A stretch of DNA of 64,000 nucleotides from an uncultured virus (IMG/VR IMGVR_UViG_3300038424_000133) (IMGVR_UViG_3300038424_000133), one strand, 5' to 3'; counted from the stretch's first letter, positions 8,845-18,459 are shown. Numbers and translations: made by a program. The notes: a model not told the origin generated them from the letters alone.

Positions 8845-9768
8845 TTATTTATTTATGGCTTTTAGAAAACCATTTGGGGTAATTTCCATTTCTATATATT
8901 TTCTATTAAAACTACATAATCTACAAGAGAGTATTCTTGCGAAATGTGTATTTTCCCATTGTTTCTTTTGAAGTTCGTCTTTCATTTGCCCCATAGCTTT
9001 GGCGAAGTCAATACAAATAACGCTGTCTAAGTTGTGAGCCACCCCGACACCACCGCTAATTGAAAATTTGTCAGTTTCTTCTTCGCTTCGTTGGCAGACA
9101 TATAAACCCGTAATTCCTTTTAATTGGTTAAACCGTGACAGTTGCAAAACCCTATGTTTAAGATTTTGGCGATAAGATTCAAGTAAGGTCAATGAATCAA
9201 TCACTAAAAGTTTAATGTTGTTTTTGGGGTCTTCAACTAAACTTCGATATACGCCAATAAGAGTTTCAAAATCGGAAAGTTGACCGTGAGTTATACAATC
9301 TAAAACAAAAAGATTATCTTTTATCTTTTGCCAATCTAACCCAAGACTTTTAGATTTTTCCATTAGTCTTGATTGAAGGTCAAATCTTTCGTTGTCTGAA
9401 TTGAATATATCTTCACTCGTTATAAAGACCACACCTTTACTTTCATTAGCGGTTCTGAGAAGAATTTCCTGTGCAAGCAAAGATTTCCCAACACCACTTA
9501 ATCCAACTATGCCTATTTGACCGCAAGAAGGTAAACCATTCAAAGGTTCAGATTGTTCGTTAAAATAAAGTTTATCGAGAAATGTTCCTGTTAAAAACCC
9601 CTTCAAAGTCTTTTTTACAGTTAAATCATTTGGCTTTATAACTAATGCTTGCATGGTTGTATCTATCGGTTTATCAAAGGCTTTAATATCTAAATCATGT
9701 TGTGCATTAGCTAAAACTTGCGCTAACATATCTTTAAGTTTATCGGCATTTATGGCTGTTTCGGTCAT
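8845..9768 (-). CDS. archaeal single-domain KaiC-like (RecA superfamily) ATPase
   Basis: GLSGVGKS Walker A, LLVIDSLT Walker B, GGVGVAHNLDSVI; start probably MTETAIN. Confidence 0.75.
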   Translation of the reverse strand: MTETAINADKLKDMLAQVLANAQHDLDIKAFDKPIDTTMQALVIKPNDLTVKKTLKGFLTGTFLDKLYFNEQSEPLNGLPSCGQIGIVGLSGVGKSLLAQEILLRTANESKGVVFITSEDIFNSDNERFDLQSRLMEKSKSLGLDWQKIKDNLFVLDCITHGQLSDFETLIGVYRSLVEDPKNNIKLLVIDSLTLLESYRQNLKHRVLQLSRFNQLKGITGLYVCQRSEEETDKFSISGGVGVAHNLDSVICIDFAKAMGQMKDELQKKQWENTHFARILSCRLCSFNRKYIEMEITPNGFLKAINK

Positions 9769-9888
9769 TTTAATACACCAAACTTGCTGTTTGTTTCTCC
9801 GTGAAATTTTGGCAATATTCTTCGCCTGTGTGGTCACACGCCCAATTTCCAATTTTATAGTTAGCGCATCTATCAGATTTTTTGCAGG

Positions 9889-10119
9889 TCATTTTTCTAC
9901 ATCCTCTAAAAGTTCATCTGCATCAAGCCAATGTTTACCGAAAAAATTGACGACATTGCGTTTTATTTCTAAACTACTTTTACTATTTTCTTGGCGTTTT
10001 TGTGTTAACCATTCTTTGTTATATGATTTTACTGCCTTTTCTATTCTTTTTAGAATTTCATCTGACAGATAAATTGAATTATCTGCTAAGTATTGTTTTA
10101 GTGTTTTTTGTTCTGTCAT
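9889..10119 (-). CDS. hypothetical protein
   Basis: ORF with AGGTGA RBS. Confidence 0.5.
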   Translation of the reverse strand: MTEQKTLKQYLADNSIYLSDEILKRIEKAVKSYNKEWLTQKRQENSKSSLEIKRNVVNFFGKHWLDADELLEDVEK

Positions 10120-10262
10120 TGCTTAGATTCACCTTTTTTCACGGTGTCAAAGTATTCTTTATTTTTTTGTTTTTTGCGTAAAGGGCAATTTTTGCGTATT
10201 GAAGACTTGCATTTTCGACAATTTTTAACTAACCCAACTCGATATTGACACATATTTTTCAC

Positions 10263-10691
10263 CTAATCGCAATTTGGATAGAACAAACAAACTGTCTTAC
10301 CAACCATGCCGAAGCCGTGTCCAATGAAACTCTGCCAGCGTGTAATTTTAACCCAAACTAATCCTTCTTGGTTTTCTGGCTGACCTTGTGGTGCTTTTAC
10401 TTCTTCAAACTCTAATTGTTCATACTTTTTAAGATATTTATGCAAATCAGCCCAGCCTTGACAAACGGCAGGTTCATTAAAGTCATAATTAGCACCTGAA
10501 ATTCTACCAAGAATCTTGCCTATGTCGCCATCCATTGGTAATGGTACAAATACGCCTTCAATTTGCACATGGTTGCAACATACGCCATTAGTTTGTTGTT
10601 CCCAAAACACATTAGTTTTCATTGGCAAAACAAACCCGAAATTATGGTCGTAAGTATTTAATTCAATTCTGTTGTTTTTCAAATCAATCAC
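10263..10691 (-). CDS. hypothetical protein (resembles DUF6210 from memory)
   Basis: QQTNGxxC...EGVFVPL...EGLVWV...YPNCD. Confidence 0.5.
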   Translation of the reverse strand: MIDLKNNRIELNTYDHNFGFVLPMKTNVFWEQQTNGVCCNHVQIEGVFVPLPMDGDIGKILGRISGANYDFNEPAVCQGWADLHKYLKKYEQLEFEEVKAPQGQPENQEGLVWVKITRWQSFIGHGFGMVGKTVCLFYPNCD

Positions 10692-10748
10692 TTTATATAA
10701 TTAAGTATGGAGTTCTCCTATATAAACTTTACCTCTTTTAACCATTAG

Positions 10749-11015
10749 TCACCTGAATATAAAAGTTTCCTTAATCTTCATTTCTTTATCGTTAAAATAT
10801 TTAGTTGGTTCATTACGACCTAAGTAACCCCATCTTTTGCCACCACTTCTAACTAAATATTCGCTTCCATCATGTAAATATATCCAATTGCCACAACTAT
10901 TATATGACTTGCATTTGCATCTGTAATAATCGTGAGTGTAATTAATTTTTCTTGTACATTCTGAAAGAATTAACCGTGACTTACAAATGGGGCAAACAAT
11001 AAACATCCATATCAC
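10749..11015 (-). CDS. Zn-finger protein, C-terminal FIFR
   Basis: VCPICK...YRCKC...KETFIFR*. Confidence 0.75.
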   Translation of the reverse strand: MIWMFIVCPICKSRLILSECTRKINYTHDYYRCKCKSYNSCGNWIYLHDGSEYLVRSGGKRWGYLGRNEPTKYFNDKEMKIKETFIFR

Positions 11016-11314
11016 CTGAATATAAATGTATGTTTAGTTTCTTTATCTGGAACATCTTTAAGTTTCAAGAAATAATTAAAAAAGATGTTACGCCAATTAT
11101 TCCATTTATTATATATATCTGCAAGGGTACTTATATCTACTTTTTTAGAGTAAAATTTATCCCATATTTTATCGCAGTCTTTGCAACAATAATAAGTTTT
11201 ACCTTTATGAGTAATCATAGACTGGATATAATTTCCATTTTCCAAATCAATCTTTCCATATTTATAATTTAAATCAATATGGAATTCTACACCGCACCTA
11301 CAACATTTAATCAT
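11012..11314 (-). CDS. Cys-rich protein, C-terminal FIFR
   Basis: CCRCG...CCKDC...KHTFIFR*. Confidence 0.75.
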   Translation of the reverse strand: MIKCCRCGVEFHIDLNYKYGKIDLENGNYIQSMITHKGKTYYCCKDCDKIWDKFYSKKVDISTLADIYNKWNNWRNIFFNYFLKLKDVPDKETKHTFIFR

Positions 11315-11547
11315 CTAAATATGAACACCTGCTTTGGTTGTGGTTTTTCGTTAACTTCTATCCAACCCGAATTTTCTGCCTCTAAATAAAGCCAAGATTT
11401 AGTTTTATAATTATATTGCCATGAGAATTTTCTAACTGAAAGTGATTTATAATTTTTTAAAGGATGACATTCACACCAATAACAATATTTATCATAAGAT
11501 ACTAAAGGTGTCTTACAGTAAGGGCAAATTAGTTTTATATCACTCAT
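11311..11547 (-). CDS. Zn-finger protein, C-terminal FIFR
   Basis: ICPYCK...WCEC...KQVFIFR*. Confidence 0.75.
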   Translation of the reverse strand: MSDIKLICPYCKTPLVSYDKYCYWCECHPLKNYKSLSVRKFSWQYNYKTKSWLYLEAENSGWIEVNEKPQPKQVFIFR

Positions 11548-11786
11548 CTAAAGACAAACCCCTCTCCACTATAACACCGTTTAACTCGTTGTTTATTATA
11601 AGGTTCATTTTTAGTTGTGCATTCTTTACAATAACATTTTCTCTCTGTAGTTTTTTCAATTTTAATGCCACCCCAATCATCTTCATCAAAGCATTTAAAT
11701 TTAACTATTTTTCCGCTAAAAGTCATAACGCCGTCTGCATTACATAAAAATGTTTTACCGCAACTTTTACATTTAACCCTAATCAT
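11544..11786 (-). CDS. Cys-rich protein, C-terminal FVFR
   Basis: CKSCGKTFLC...CYCKEC...EGFVFR*. Confidence 0.75.
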   Translation of the reverse strand: MIRVKCKSCGKTFLCNADGVMTFSGKIVKFKCFDEDDWGGIKIEKTTERKCYCKECTTKNEPYNKQRVKRCYSGEGFVFR

Positions 11787-12190
11787 CTGAAAATGAAAAC
11801 CTCTTTTCCTCTTATTTTTTTAAGGTCATTTAAAAGTTTGGGATTCTCAGCATTGTCAACCCAACCATGATGAAGACTATGATAGTCGCCAACTTTGTAG
11901 AAACTATTATTTTTATCTTTTAAATAAATTATTTTTATTGATATTATGCCATAACCTACACTGTAGTAACCCATTACTTCACCAATAAAATAGGATATTT
12001 CGCTATCTTTATCAATATAACTGTTATCATCGTGTCTATTACTTATAATTAAACATTTAATTATGTCGCCAACTTTATGCTTTACCGAAAATCGGCATTT
12101 ACTATCATCCATATCCCACCCTGAATTTTGATATAATTCTGGGTGTTCAACTACATATTTTGGGGCTTTAGGATTTATTAGCAATTTCAA
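11783..12190 (-). CDS. beta-rich (possibly SH3-like) protein, C-terminal FIFR
   Basis: HKVGDIIK...YKVGD...KEVFIFR*; first gene after the promoter at about 12216-12230. Confidence 0.7.
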   Translation of the reverse strand: MKLLINPKAPKYVVEHPELYQNSGWDMDDSKCRFSVKHKVGDIIKCLIISNRHDDNSYIDKDSEISYFIGEVMGYYSVGYGIISIKIIYLKDKNNSFYKVGDYHSLHHGWVDNAENPKLLNDLKKIRGKEVFIFR

Positions 12191-12231
12191 TCATCATTAT
12201 TAATACAGGCAGTAACTAATAAAGTTTTTGC

Positions 12232-12247
12232 TTAAGTAATTACTTAA
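12232..12247. promoter_or_regulatory. 16-bp palindrome TTAAGTAATTACTTAA (operator-like)
   Basis: Perfect copies at 12232, 13929, 21321; variants at 2213, 7367, 14910, 21223, 21363, 26661, 36313, 48282, 55107; almost all next to TATA boxes. Confidence 0.7.
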
Positions 12248-12464
12248 AATTACCCAGCTTTATATTTTAAACCCTACTTCGAAACTGATGGTCAAAAACT
12301 ATGGTCTTTTTATGGAAAACGAAATAACCCGTCAGAATTCGTTAAAAACATAAAGTCGCTATGGTAAAAGTCCATCAATTTTTATTTAATATTTAACGAA
12401 TCCAACTTCGAATAATTTCGGAAAAATAAAAATAAAAAAGATTTGGTTTGGGAATTAAAATCCC

Positions 12465-13277
12465 TTAACTTCTTTTGACTTTTCTATATGCAAGTGCGCT
12501 TAAAGTCACTACTGCTATGGCAGTAACAACTAAAACGATTGAGAGCCATAGTGGAAAACCTGCACCATTAATGCCATCTGTACCATTAGTTCCAGCTTTT
12601 CCTTGACTACCAATAGCACCTTGAGAACCAGTCGCACCAGTAGCACCACTTTGACCAGTTGCGCCAGTAGCCCCTTGACTACCAGTTGCACCCATAGCAC
12701 CTGTTAATCCTGTTGCACCATCTTTGCCGTTTGTTCCGTTAGTTCCATTTGTACCATTTACTCCTGCAATTCCTTGAAGACCTGTCTTTCCAACGTGTCC
12801 TACTGCACCTGTTAAACCTGTAGCACCCTGAATACCTTGCTCTCCTTGAATACCTTGAGCACCTTGTTCGCCTTGTGAGCCTGTAGCTCCTGTCTGTCCA
12901 GTTGCACCCGTTGCGCCTACCATACTAATAACTGTGAATGTTGCCGATGCTGAATCGCCATTAACTGTTGCTTTTATTGTGTATAAGCCAGCCGTAGTTG
13001 TAGGTATAGAAATGATTACTACAAAGTTTCCAGAACTATCAGTTTTTCCAGTTGCACTAACAAAAGGTTGCGAAACATCATTCCAATAGATAGTTATAAC
13101 TTTGTTATTATCAAAGTCACTTCCAACTATTGTAACGCAAGAAAATCCAGAGTTTGGAGATAAAGTTATTGATTGTGTGCAAGCATTAACATTACTCATC
13201 ATAACAACTGCCATCATCATTAATGCTATTAGAAGTATAGTACCATATAATTTACTTTTCATTAATTTTTTCACCAC
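12465..13277 (-). CDS. membrane-anchored collagen-like surface protein
   Basis: Signal peptide, Ig-like beta domain, long Gly-X-Y run, C-terminal TM helix with basic tail. Confidence 0.85.
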   Translation of the reverse strand: MVKKLMKSKLYGTILLIALMMMAVVMMSNVNACTQSITLSPNSGFSCVTIVGSDFDNNKVITIYWNDVSQPFVSATGKTDSSGNFVVIISIPTTTAGLYTIKATVNGDSASATFTVISMVGATGATGQTGATGSQGEQGAQGIQGEQGIQGATGLTGAVGHVGKTGLQGIAGVNGTNGTNGTNGKDGATGLTGAMGATGSQGATGATGQSGATGATGSQGAIGSQGKAGTNGTDGINGAGFPLWLSIVLVVTAIAVVTLSALAYRKVKRS

Positions 13278-13427
13278 CGTTTAATGTTAATTGTCTATTC
13301 ATTTTGTCACTAACAAACAAGTTATATCTTACCTATTAATATATATTTCGGTCATTTATCATATATGGTTTCTACGCTTTAGATAGCCCCAATTACCAAA
13401 AAATGGGCTAAAAAAAATTTGACATTT

Positions 13428-13907
13428 TCACCCTAAATCGTTTTTAATAGGGTATTTGGGGAAACTTTTAATGTAATTTTCAGGTGATATACCCCTCAAC
13501 CTTCGAATATTCCAGCCGTACCACCAAACTTTAATACTATTCCAAATCCCTTTATCATTAACTATCATATTGGCTTTTTCAGCAAATTCTTTCCTGAGTT
13601 TTTCTCTAATTATTAAATTTTGTAATCTTAATTGATAACTACAATCAAAAATTATTGGAATTTTTTCATAATTTTTTATTTCATTTATTTTATTATTTTT
13701 AGTTATTGGATTTAAAGTTCGCCATTGGTCAGGAACATCTGCCCCTTCACCATTAAATGAACTACCGCAACCACCACCATGATAATTAGCCCCAATATGC
13801 CCACCTTTCCACCATCTCTGATATATGTCACCATCAGCCGTTCTTAATATCCTATATTTTGTTGGGTCTAATTTATCCATTTTCGGTCTAAGAATGTATA
13901 TATACAC
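13428..13907 (-). CDS. hypothetical protein
   Basis: ORF after TATA box and palindrome; start probably MDKLDP. Confidence 0.55.
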   Translation of the reverse strand: MYIYILRPKMDKLDPTKYRILRTADGDIYQRWWKGGHIGANYHGGGCGSSFNGEGADVPDQWRTLNPITKNNKINEIKNYEKIPIIFDCSYQLRLQNLIIREKLRKEFAEKANMIVNDKGIWNSIKVWWYGWNIRRLRGISPENYIKSFPKYPIKNDLG

Positions 13908-14258
13908 TGTTGCTTATAATGTTTGTGTTTAAGTAATTACTTAAGTAGTTTTATACTCATAAAATATCACCTTTAAAAATTCACACACTCCAAAATTTTT
14001 TTGTGTGGCGGCGGTTCCCATACGACCTTTTTCAACAAAATAATTCCTAAATTTTATTTCAAATGATAATGTCATAAAATCTTAAACATTATAATATGAA
14101 TTATAATATCACATTATTTTTATTTCTTAGTTTCTTAGTAACAGAGTCAGAATCTAATTCAATTATTGGAAAAAATATAATAAAAAGTTTATTTTATTAG
14201 TCTTCTGTTTAATTTTGGGTTTTTGCTAAAGTTTAAAAAGTTTTGACTATAGGGGAGT

Positions 14259-14438
14259 TTAATCAACCCTACATTTACGCCATCGGTAAGCAAGATAGGC
14301 TAAACCGCCGAATAGAAATGATAATGTAAAGAGACCTGTATTACCTTTCCAAATACTCATTATAAAAAATGCACCTGAAAACCAACCGCATATTGGCGCA
14401 AGTTTTGGGTTTATTGGGTCATCAATTTCTTTACTCAT
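14259..14438 (-). CDS. 59-aa two-helix membrane protein
   Basis: MSKEIDDPINPKLAPICGWFSGAFFIMSIWKGNTGLFTLSFLFGGLAYLAYRWRKCRVD*. Confidence 0.55.
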   Translation of the reverse strand: MSKEIDDPINPKLAPICGWFSGAFFIMSIWKGNTGLFTLSFLFGGLAYLAYRWRKCRVD

Positions 14439-14803
14439 TTCTTTTCATCCTCTTTTGGTTGTTCAGTATTGAATGGAGTAGTTAATAGTGCTGGCTCACT
14501 TGGAAAGAATAATGCTGGCTGTTTCTCTTTCTTATGTTTACGCTTATGCAATAATGTTTGTTTTGGAGAACTTACTGTTGAAGTTACTGCTTTAGGTGGC
14601 AGACCAAGATTCTTGCGTATTTCTTCATCAGTTAAAACTTTTCCCTTTCTCCGAATTGTTTCAGCACCTATCTTAAATTTAATTTTACATGATTTACAAA
14701 CCCAAAACTTAGACCTACCTTTCATCTCAGTTCCAACGATTGTATTTCTCCATTCATCGTACATTAATCTACCACAGTTTGGACACGCTGGATTTGTCAT
14801 CAA
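14435..14803 (-). CDS. Zn-ribbon protein with basic tail
   Basis: CPNCG...WVCKSC. Confidence 0.6.
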   Translation of the reverse strand: MMTNPACPNCGRLMYDEWRNTIVGTEMKGRSKFWVCKSCKIKFKIGAETIRRKGKVLTDEEIRKNLGLPPKAVTSTVSSPKQTLLHKRKHKKEKQPALFFPSEPALLTTPFNTEQPKEDEKK

Positions 14804-14940
14804 TTATCCCTCATATATTTACCTATATATCGCCGCCTTATTTAAACCTTTCTTATTATTACCATATAATCTTTATCTCAACATTTTTTAGTTATGTAAA
14901 GAGAAAGATTTAAATAGTTGCTTAAATATATGTAATTATA

Positions 14941-15450
14941 GTGATAAATTTGACAACGACTTATGATAAAGTTAAGGAATGGCGAAAGAAAAATCCTGAG
15001 AAACATAGAGAACAGAGTAAGAAATGGGCTAAAGAACATCCTGAATATAGAAAAAATTATGCAAAAAATCATATATTAGAACACAACTTAGGGAATAAAA
15101 GATATAGAGAAAATCACAAGGAAGAAATTAAATTAAAGCGCAAAGAAAATTATGATACAATATACCGAAAATCCAGAGAGAACTTTTTGAAAATTAAAAT
15201 GTGGTGTATTGAACAATTAGGTAATAAATGTAAAAAATGTAATATAAAAGATTTAGACCATCCAGAAATTTATGATTTTCATCATATAAATGGTAGAAAT
15301 GATGAAGAAAAGAATAAAATTACAAGAAGTTTAATGGTGAAATGGTATAAAAATAATAAAATTCCAAATGATGTTGAATTATTATGTTCAAATTGCCATA
15401 GAGTAATAACTGCTCAAGAAGAACGGGAACATAAAAATAATTTTAATTAA
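14941..15450 (+). CDS. HNH endonuclease
   Basis: LGNKCKKC...YDFHH...LCSNCHR; own plus-strand promoter at about 14903-14916. Confidence 0.8.
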   Translation: MINLTTTYDKVKEWRKKNPEKHREQSKKWAKEHPEYRKNYAKNHILEHNLGNKRYRENHKEEIKLKRKENYDTIYRKSRENFLKIKMWCIEQLGNKCKKCNIKDLDHPEIYDFHHINGRNDEEKNKITRSLMVKWYKNNKIPNDVELLCSNCHRVITAQEEREHKNNFN

Positions 15451-15581
15451 TTATTTTCCTTATAATACCAGAACCATTGCATTCTTCACATTTAACTCTT
15501 TCAAACCGATATTTACCATTACATTTTGAGTTTTTAATGATTAAATAACCGTTACCATTACAAACTTTACAATCATAAACT

Positions 15582-16328
15582 TTATACATCTTTCTTTACA
15601 CCACACTTCGGGCATAGTTCATCAACATCTCTTAATGTACCGCATTTTGGGCATTGAGACTCAACTTTAATATATCTTTCTTTCATAATTTCAGGGTCAA
15701 GCATCTCCCTAACTAATTTGAATTGTCTCTCATAAATGTGTGTATTCTTACTATGAAAAATAAGTTTGCCAGATGGTACACCAATCTCAGAAGCCATGAA
15801 TTCTACCATCATTTGTATGCCTGCTATGTTGCATGGCAATCCAGCGTAAGCATCCCAACTACGGAAGTAAGCTGTTGCACAAAGTTTATCTTCTATGATT
15901 TCGAAGTCAATCATCGTTAAGCATGGTGGGTCTTTGCATTTACCCTTAATTATGTCTTCTGGTCTTCGAATAATAACTGTACATTGGCGGTCAAACTTCT
16001 CTTGTTTAAACCTATCAATAACATTTTGTAATTGGTCAACTGGCTTACGCATTCGGTTGCCATAAGTATATTCTGCCATGTCTGGCTCTGGATACCAAAG
16101 ATATATGCCTGCATACCAATTAAGATAAGTTAAATCATTTGGGGCTTTCTCATGAAGTAATGGTCTCATTTCTGGATGCTCAATTTCTAATGTAAAGTTA
16201 ATTTTTTTGGTTAAAGTTTGCTCTGAACCATAGCCAACTTTAAATTCTATTCCTTCTTTATCTATTGCCCTTAATGTCTTCATATATCCGTCTGGGCAAT
16301 CAAAAGCATTTATTTTTATGTGTTTCAT
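15582..16328 (-). CDS. thyA: thymidylate synthase (archaeal ThyA type) with C-terminal Zn ribbon
   Basis: YTYGNR, DPPCL, FRSWD, N(IAG) and HIYE motifs. Confidence 0.85.
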   Translation of the reverse strand: MKHIKINAFDCPDGYMKTLRAIDKEGIEFKVGYGSEQTLTKKINFTLEIEHPEMRPLLHEKAPNDLTYLNWYAGIYLWYPEPDMAEYTYGNRMRKPVDQLQNVIDRFKQEKFDRQCTVIIRRPEDIIKGKCKDPPCLTMIDFEIIEDKLCATAYFRSWDAYAGLPCNIAGIQMMVEFMASEIGVPSGKLIFHSKNTHIYERQFKLVREMLDPEIMKERYIKVESQCPKCGTLRDVDELCPKCGVKKDV

Positions 16329-16760
16329 TTAAAATAACACTCACTACAGACAATATCGCCTTTCTTCATTCCCATTTTACTGCCCTTCTTTCTCACACAT
16401 AATTGATATGGCAAGTTTACCTCTAATCACTATTATATCAAGTTCTTCTGTAGTTGGAAATTCGTGATTAATCCAATATCTAACATCACGCTTCCAAAAA
16501 TTAGGATTCTTCATATTTTCATCTATAAGTGGTTGAAACTTAGCTTTAATCTTTTCAAATTGTTTTTTTGAAACATACTCAATTATTTGTGTCATTTTAA
16601 ATGCTCCAATAAAGTATTTGCGCTTTCAACACGACTATATTTCGTTTTCCTTCTTTCTGCAATCTATGTGTTACTTCTTCTGGCGTTTCAGTTCCAATCA
16701 GAAAATAACCAATTGTTCCATCTGGATTAGTATATAAAACAAACTCTTGTGTTCTCATAT

Positions 16761-16985
16761 TTAACACACCATTAAGTAATGCTTGAAACCTTCCTTTTGT
16801 TCGCATGGGCATGGATTAGTTTGTCCAGTAACAAACTTTGCATCTGTGCTTATTGTCCAACCGTGATTTAATCCACTTGGATTCTTCTGGTTTACTAATT
16901 CAACTATCCTTCTCTTAGATTTAACATTAGTGCATACTGAGCAATATATAAGCCCGTTTCTATAAACTTCAAGTTCTTTTTTCAT
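16761..16985 (-). CDS. small Cys-containing protein
   Basis: CSVCT...NPCPC...HYLMVC. Confidence 0.55.
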   Translation of the reverse strand: MKKELEVYRNGLIYCSVCTNVKSKRRIVELVNQKNPSGLNHGWTISTDAKFVTGQTNPCPCEQKEGFKHYLMVC

Positions 16986-17456
16986 TGACCTTTAACCACC
17001 TTGTATCTTGTGTCGCAAAAGGGGCAGTCTATGAATCCTTCTGGAATAACTCTTTTACATCTTCGACATATTCTTGAGTTGTTTACTCCAATTACTTCGC
17101 CCATTTTTATCAACATAAATATAATAGCATCTGTTACTTAAAAAGGTTGTGGTTATCTAATGTTAATGATAATAAAAACTTTTATATATTACGAAAACTT
17201 TGTTCATTCCTTATGCCAGATGATATATGTCATTACTGCCAATGTAAAATGGATATAGATAACTCAAAACCTATCCCTAATATTATCGTTTATAAATGCC
17301 CAAAATGCAATGTAAGGTTCTTTTACTCTACAACTAACCAACAACCCTCACACAGCCAACTGTGACTATGGTTCTTGGGTATCCAAACTATATGTATTTC
17401 CTTAATGTTATGTTCAACACCGCATTTATCACAGCATTTAGTAGTTGTTATTTTAG

Positions 17457-17644
17457 TCACCTAAAAATAAATGGTTGCCTACTATTAAGTTGTTTACAAC
17501 GACTAAACCTGTATTACCTGCACCCTTAAAACATTTAGCGCATAAACAATTCTTATTAATAGAAGCACAACTATTATCGCAATAAAATACTTTCTGGCAT
17601 TTAGGGCAAACTCTTTTTATTTGTATTTTTAAATTCTTGCTCAA
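17457..17644 (-). pseudogene. frameshifted FIFR-tail gene (paralogue of 5652)
   Basis: N-terminus VCPKCQKVFYC...CLCAKC; the -1 frame reads RFSRCKQLNSRQPFIFR* ending at 17457. Confidence 0.65.
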
Positions 17645-17645
17645 A

Positions 17646-17879
17646 TTACCAACCCATATCGTTATCATCTAAGAAGCCTAAATCCTCTTCCATATCGTCT
17701 TCTTGCGTATCTTTTGGGTCGTCACTATAAACGCTTTGGTCTTCGTTTTCTTCTTCTTTGATTTGTCTTGGACATTTAATTGGTTCAAAATTATTAAACT
17801 TGTGACCGCAAGAAAAACACCTATATAAATTACCTACTATTAGTTTTATTTCGTTTGAACCACATTTTGGACATTTCAT
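17646..17879 (-). CDS. Zn-ribbon protein with acidic tail
   Basis: MKCPKCGS...YRCFSCG, then a D/E-rich C-terminus. Confidence 0.65.
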   Translation of the reverse strand: MKCPKCGSNEIKLIVGNLYRCFSCGHKFNNFEPIKCPRQIKEEENEDQSVYSDDPKDTQEDDMEEDLGFLDDNDMGW

Positions 17880-18459
17880 TCGTTATCACTAACAATAGTA
17901 TTATTAAAACTCACTTATAAACTTTACGACTTATCTTCATTAATGGTTAGATTTGTTACCGCAATCATAATGGTCAATGCATCTCAGTATATCAGTATAA
18001 TAATTACATTTTTGGCATTTAGCAATTGAATCTACTTCAATAATGTGTTCCATATCATTTCATCTTAATGTTATTAAGGACTTTAAACTTATTTTCGCAT
18101 TCGTTTGAGCAGAAGAAATAAAAGAAATCTAAATTGGCGTTTGTTAAACAAAATACTTCATGTTGAGACTTAGGTATTTCTTTGTTGCAATATGAACATA
18201 TTTGCTTTTCTTTTTTCCTCAATTTAGCTATTATATTTTTCAATTTTCTTTCGCTTTTTCTCTTAATTAATCTTTCTTGTTTACCCATTTAAATAACCTT
18301 ATTTATTATCGTATATAGTCTTTATAATTATCCTTTTGATTTGGGCTTTCCAACCAGACTTCAACTTGTAATTGTTTTGCTACATTTATAGCATTAAAAA
18401 ATAGAGGTAAATTATCAAGAAAATAAATTCCATCTTTGCATTGCTCTAAAGAAAACTTT

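Noticed and set aside
8845..9768. Circadian clock kaiC
   Set aside because: Single ATPase domain, with no kaiA or kaiB.
677..12190. FIFR ends as a DNA repeat (attC-like site, CRISPR repeat or recombination site)
   Set aside because: The nucleotide sequence varies at synonymous positions and in the stop codon, has no dyad, and no integrase or cas gene is visible. Conservation is at the peptide level.
13950..14250. tRNA or other RNA gene in this intergenic stretch
   Set aside because: No cloverleaf, T-loop consensus or convincing stems; the region is mostly AT-rich.
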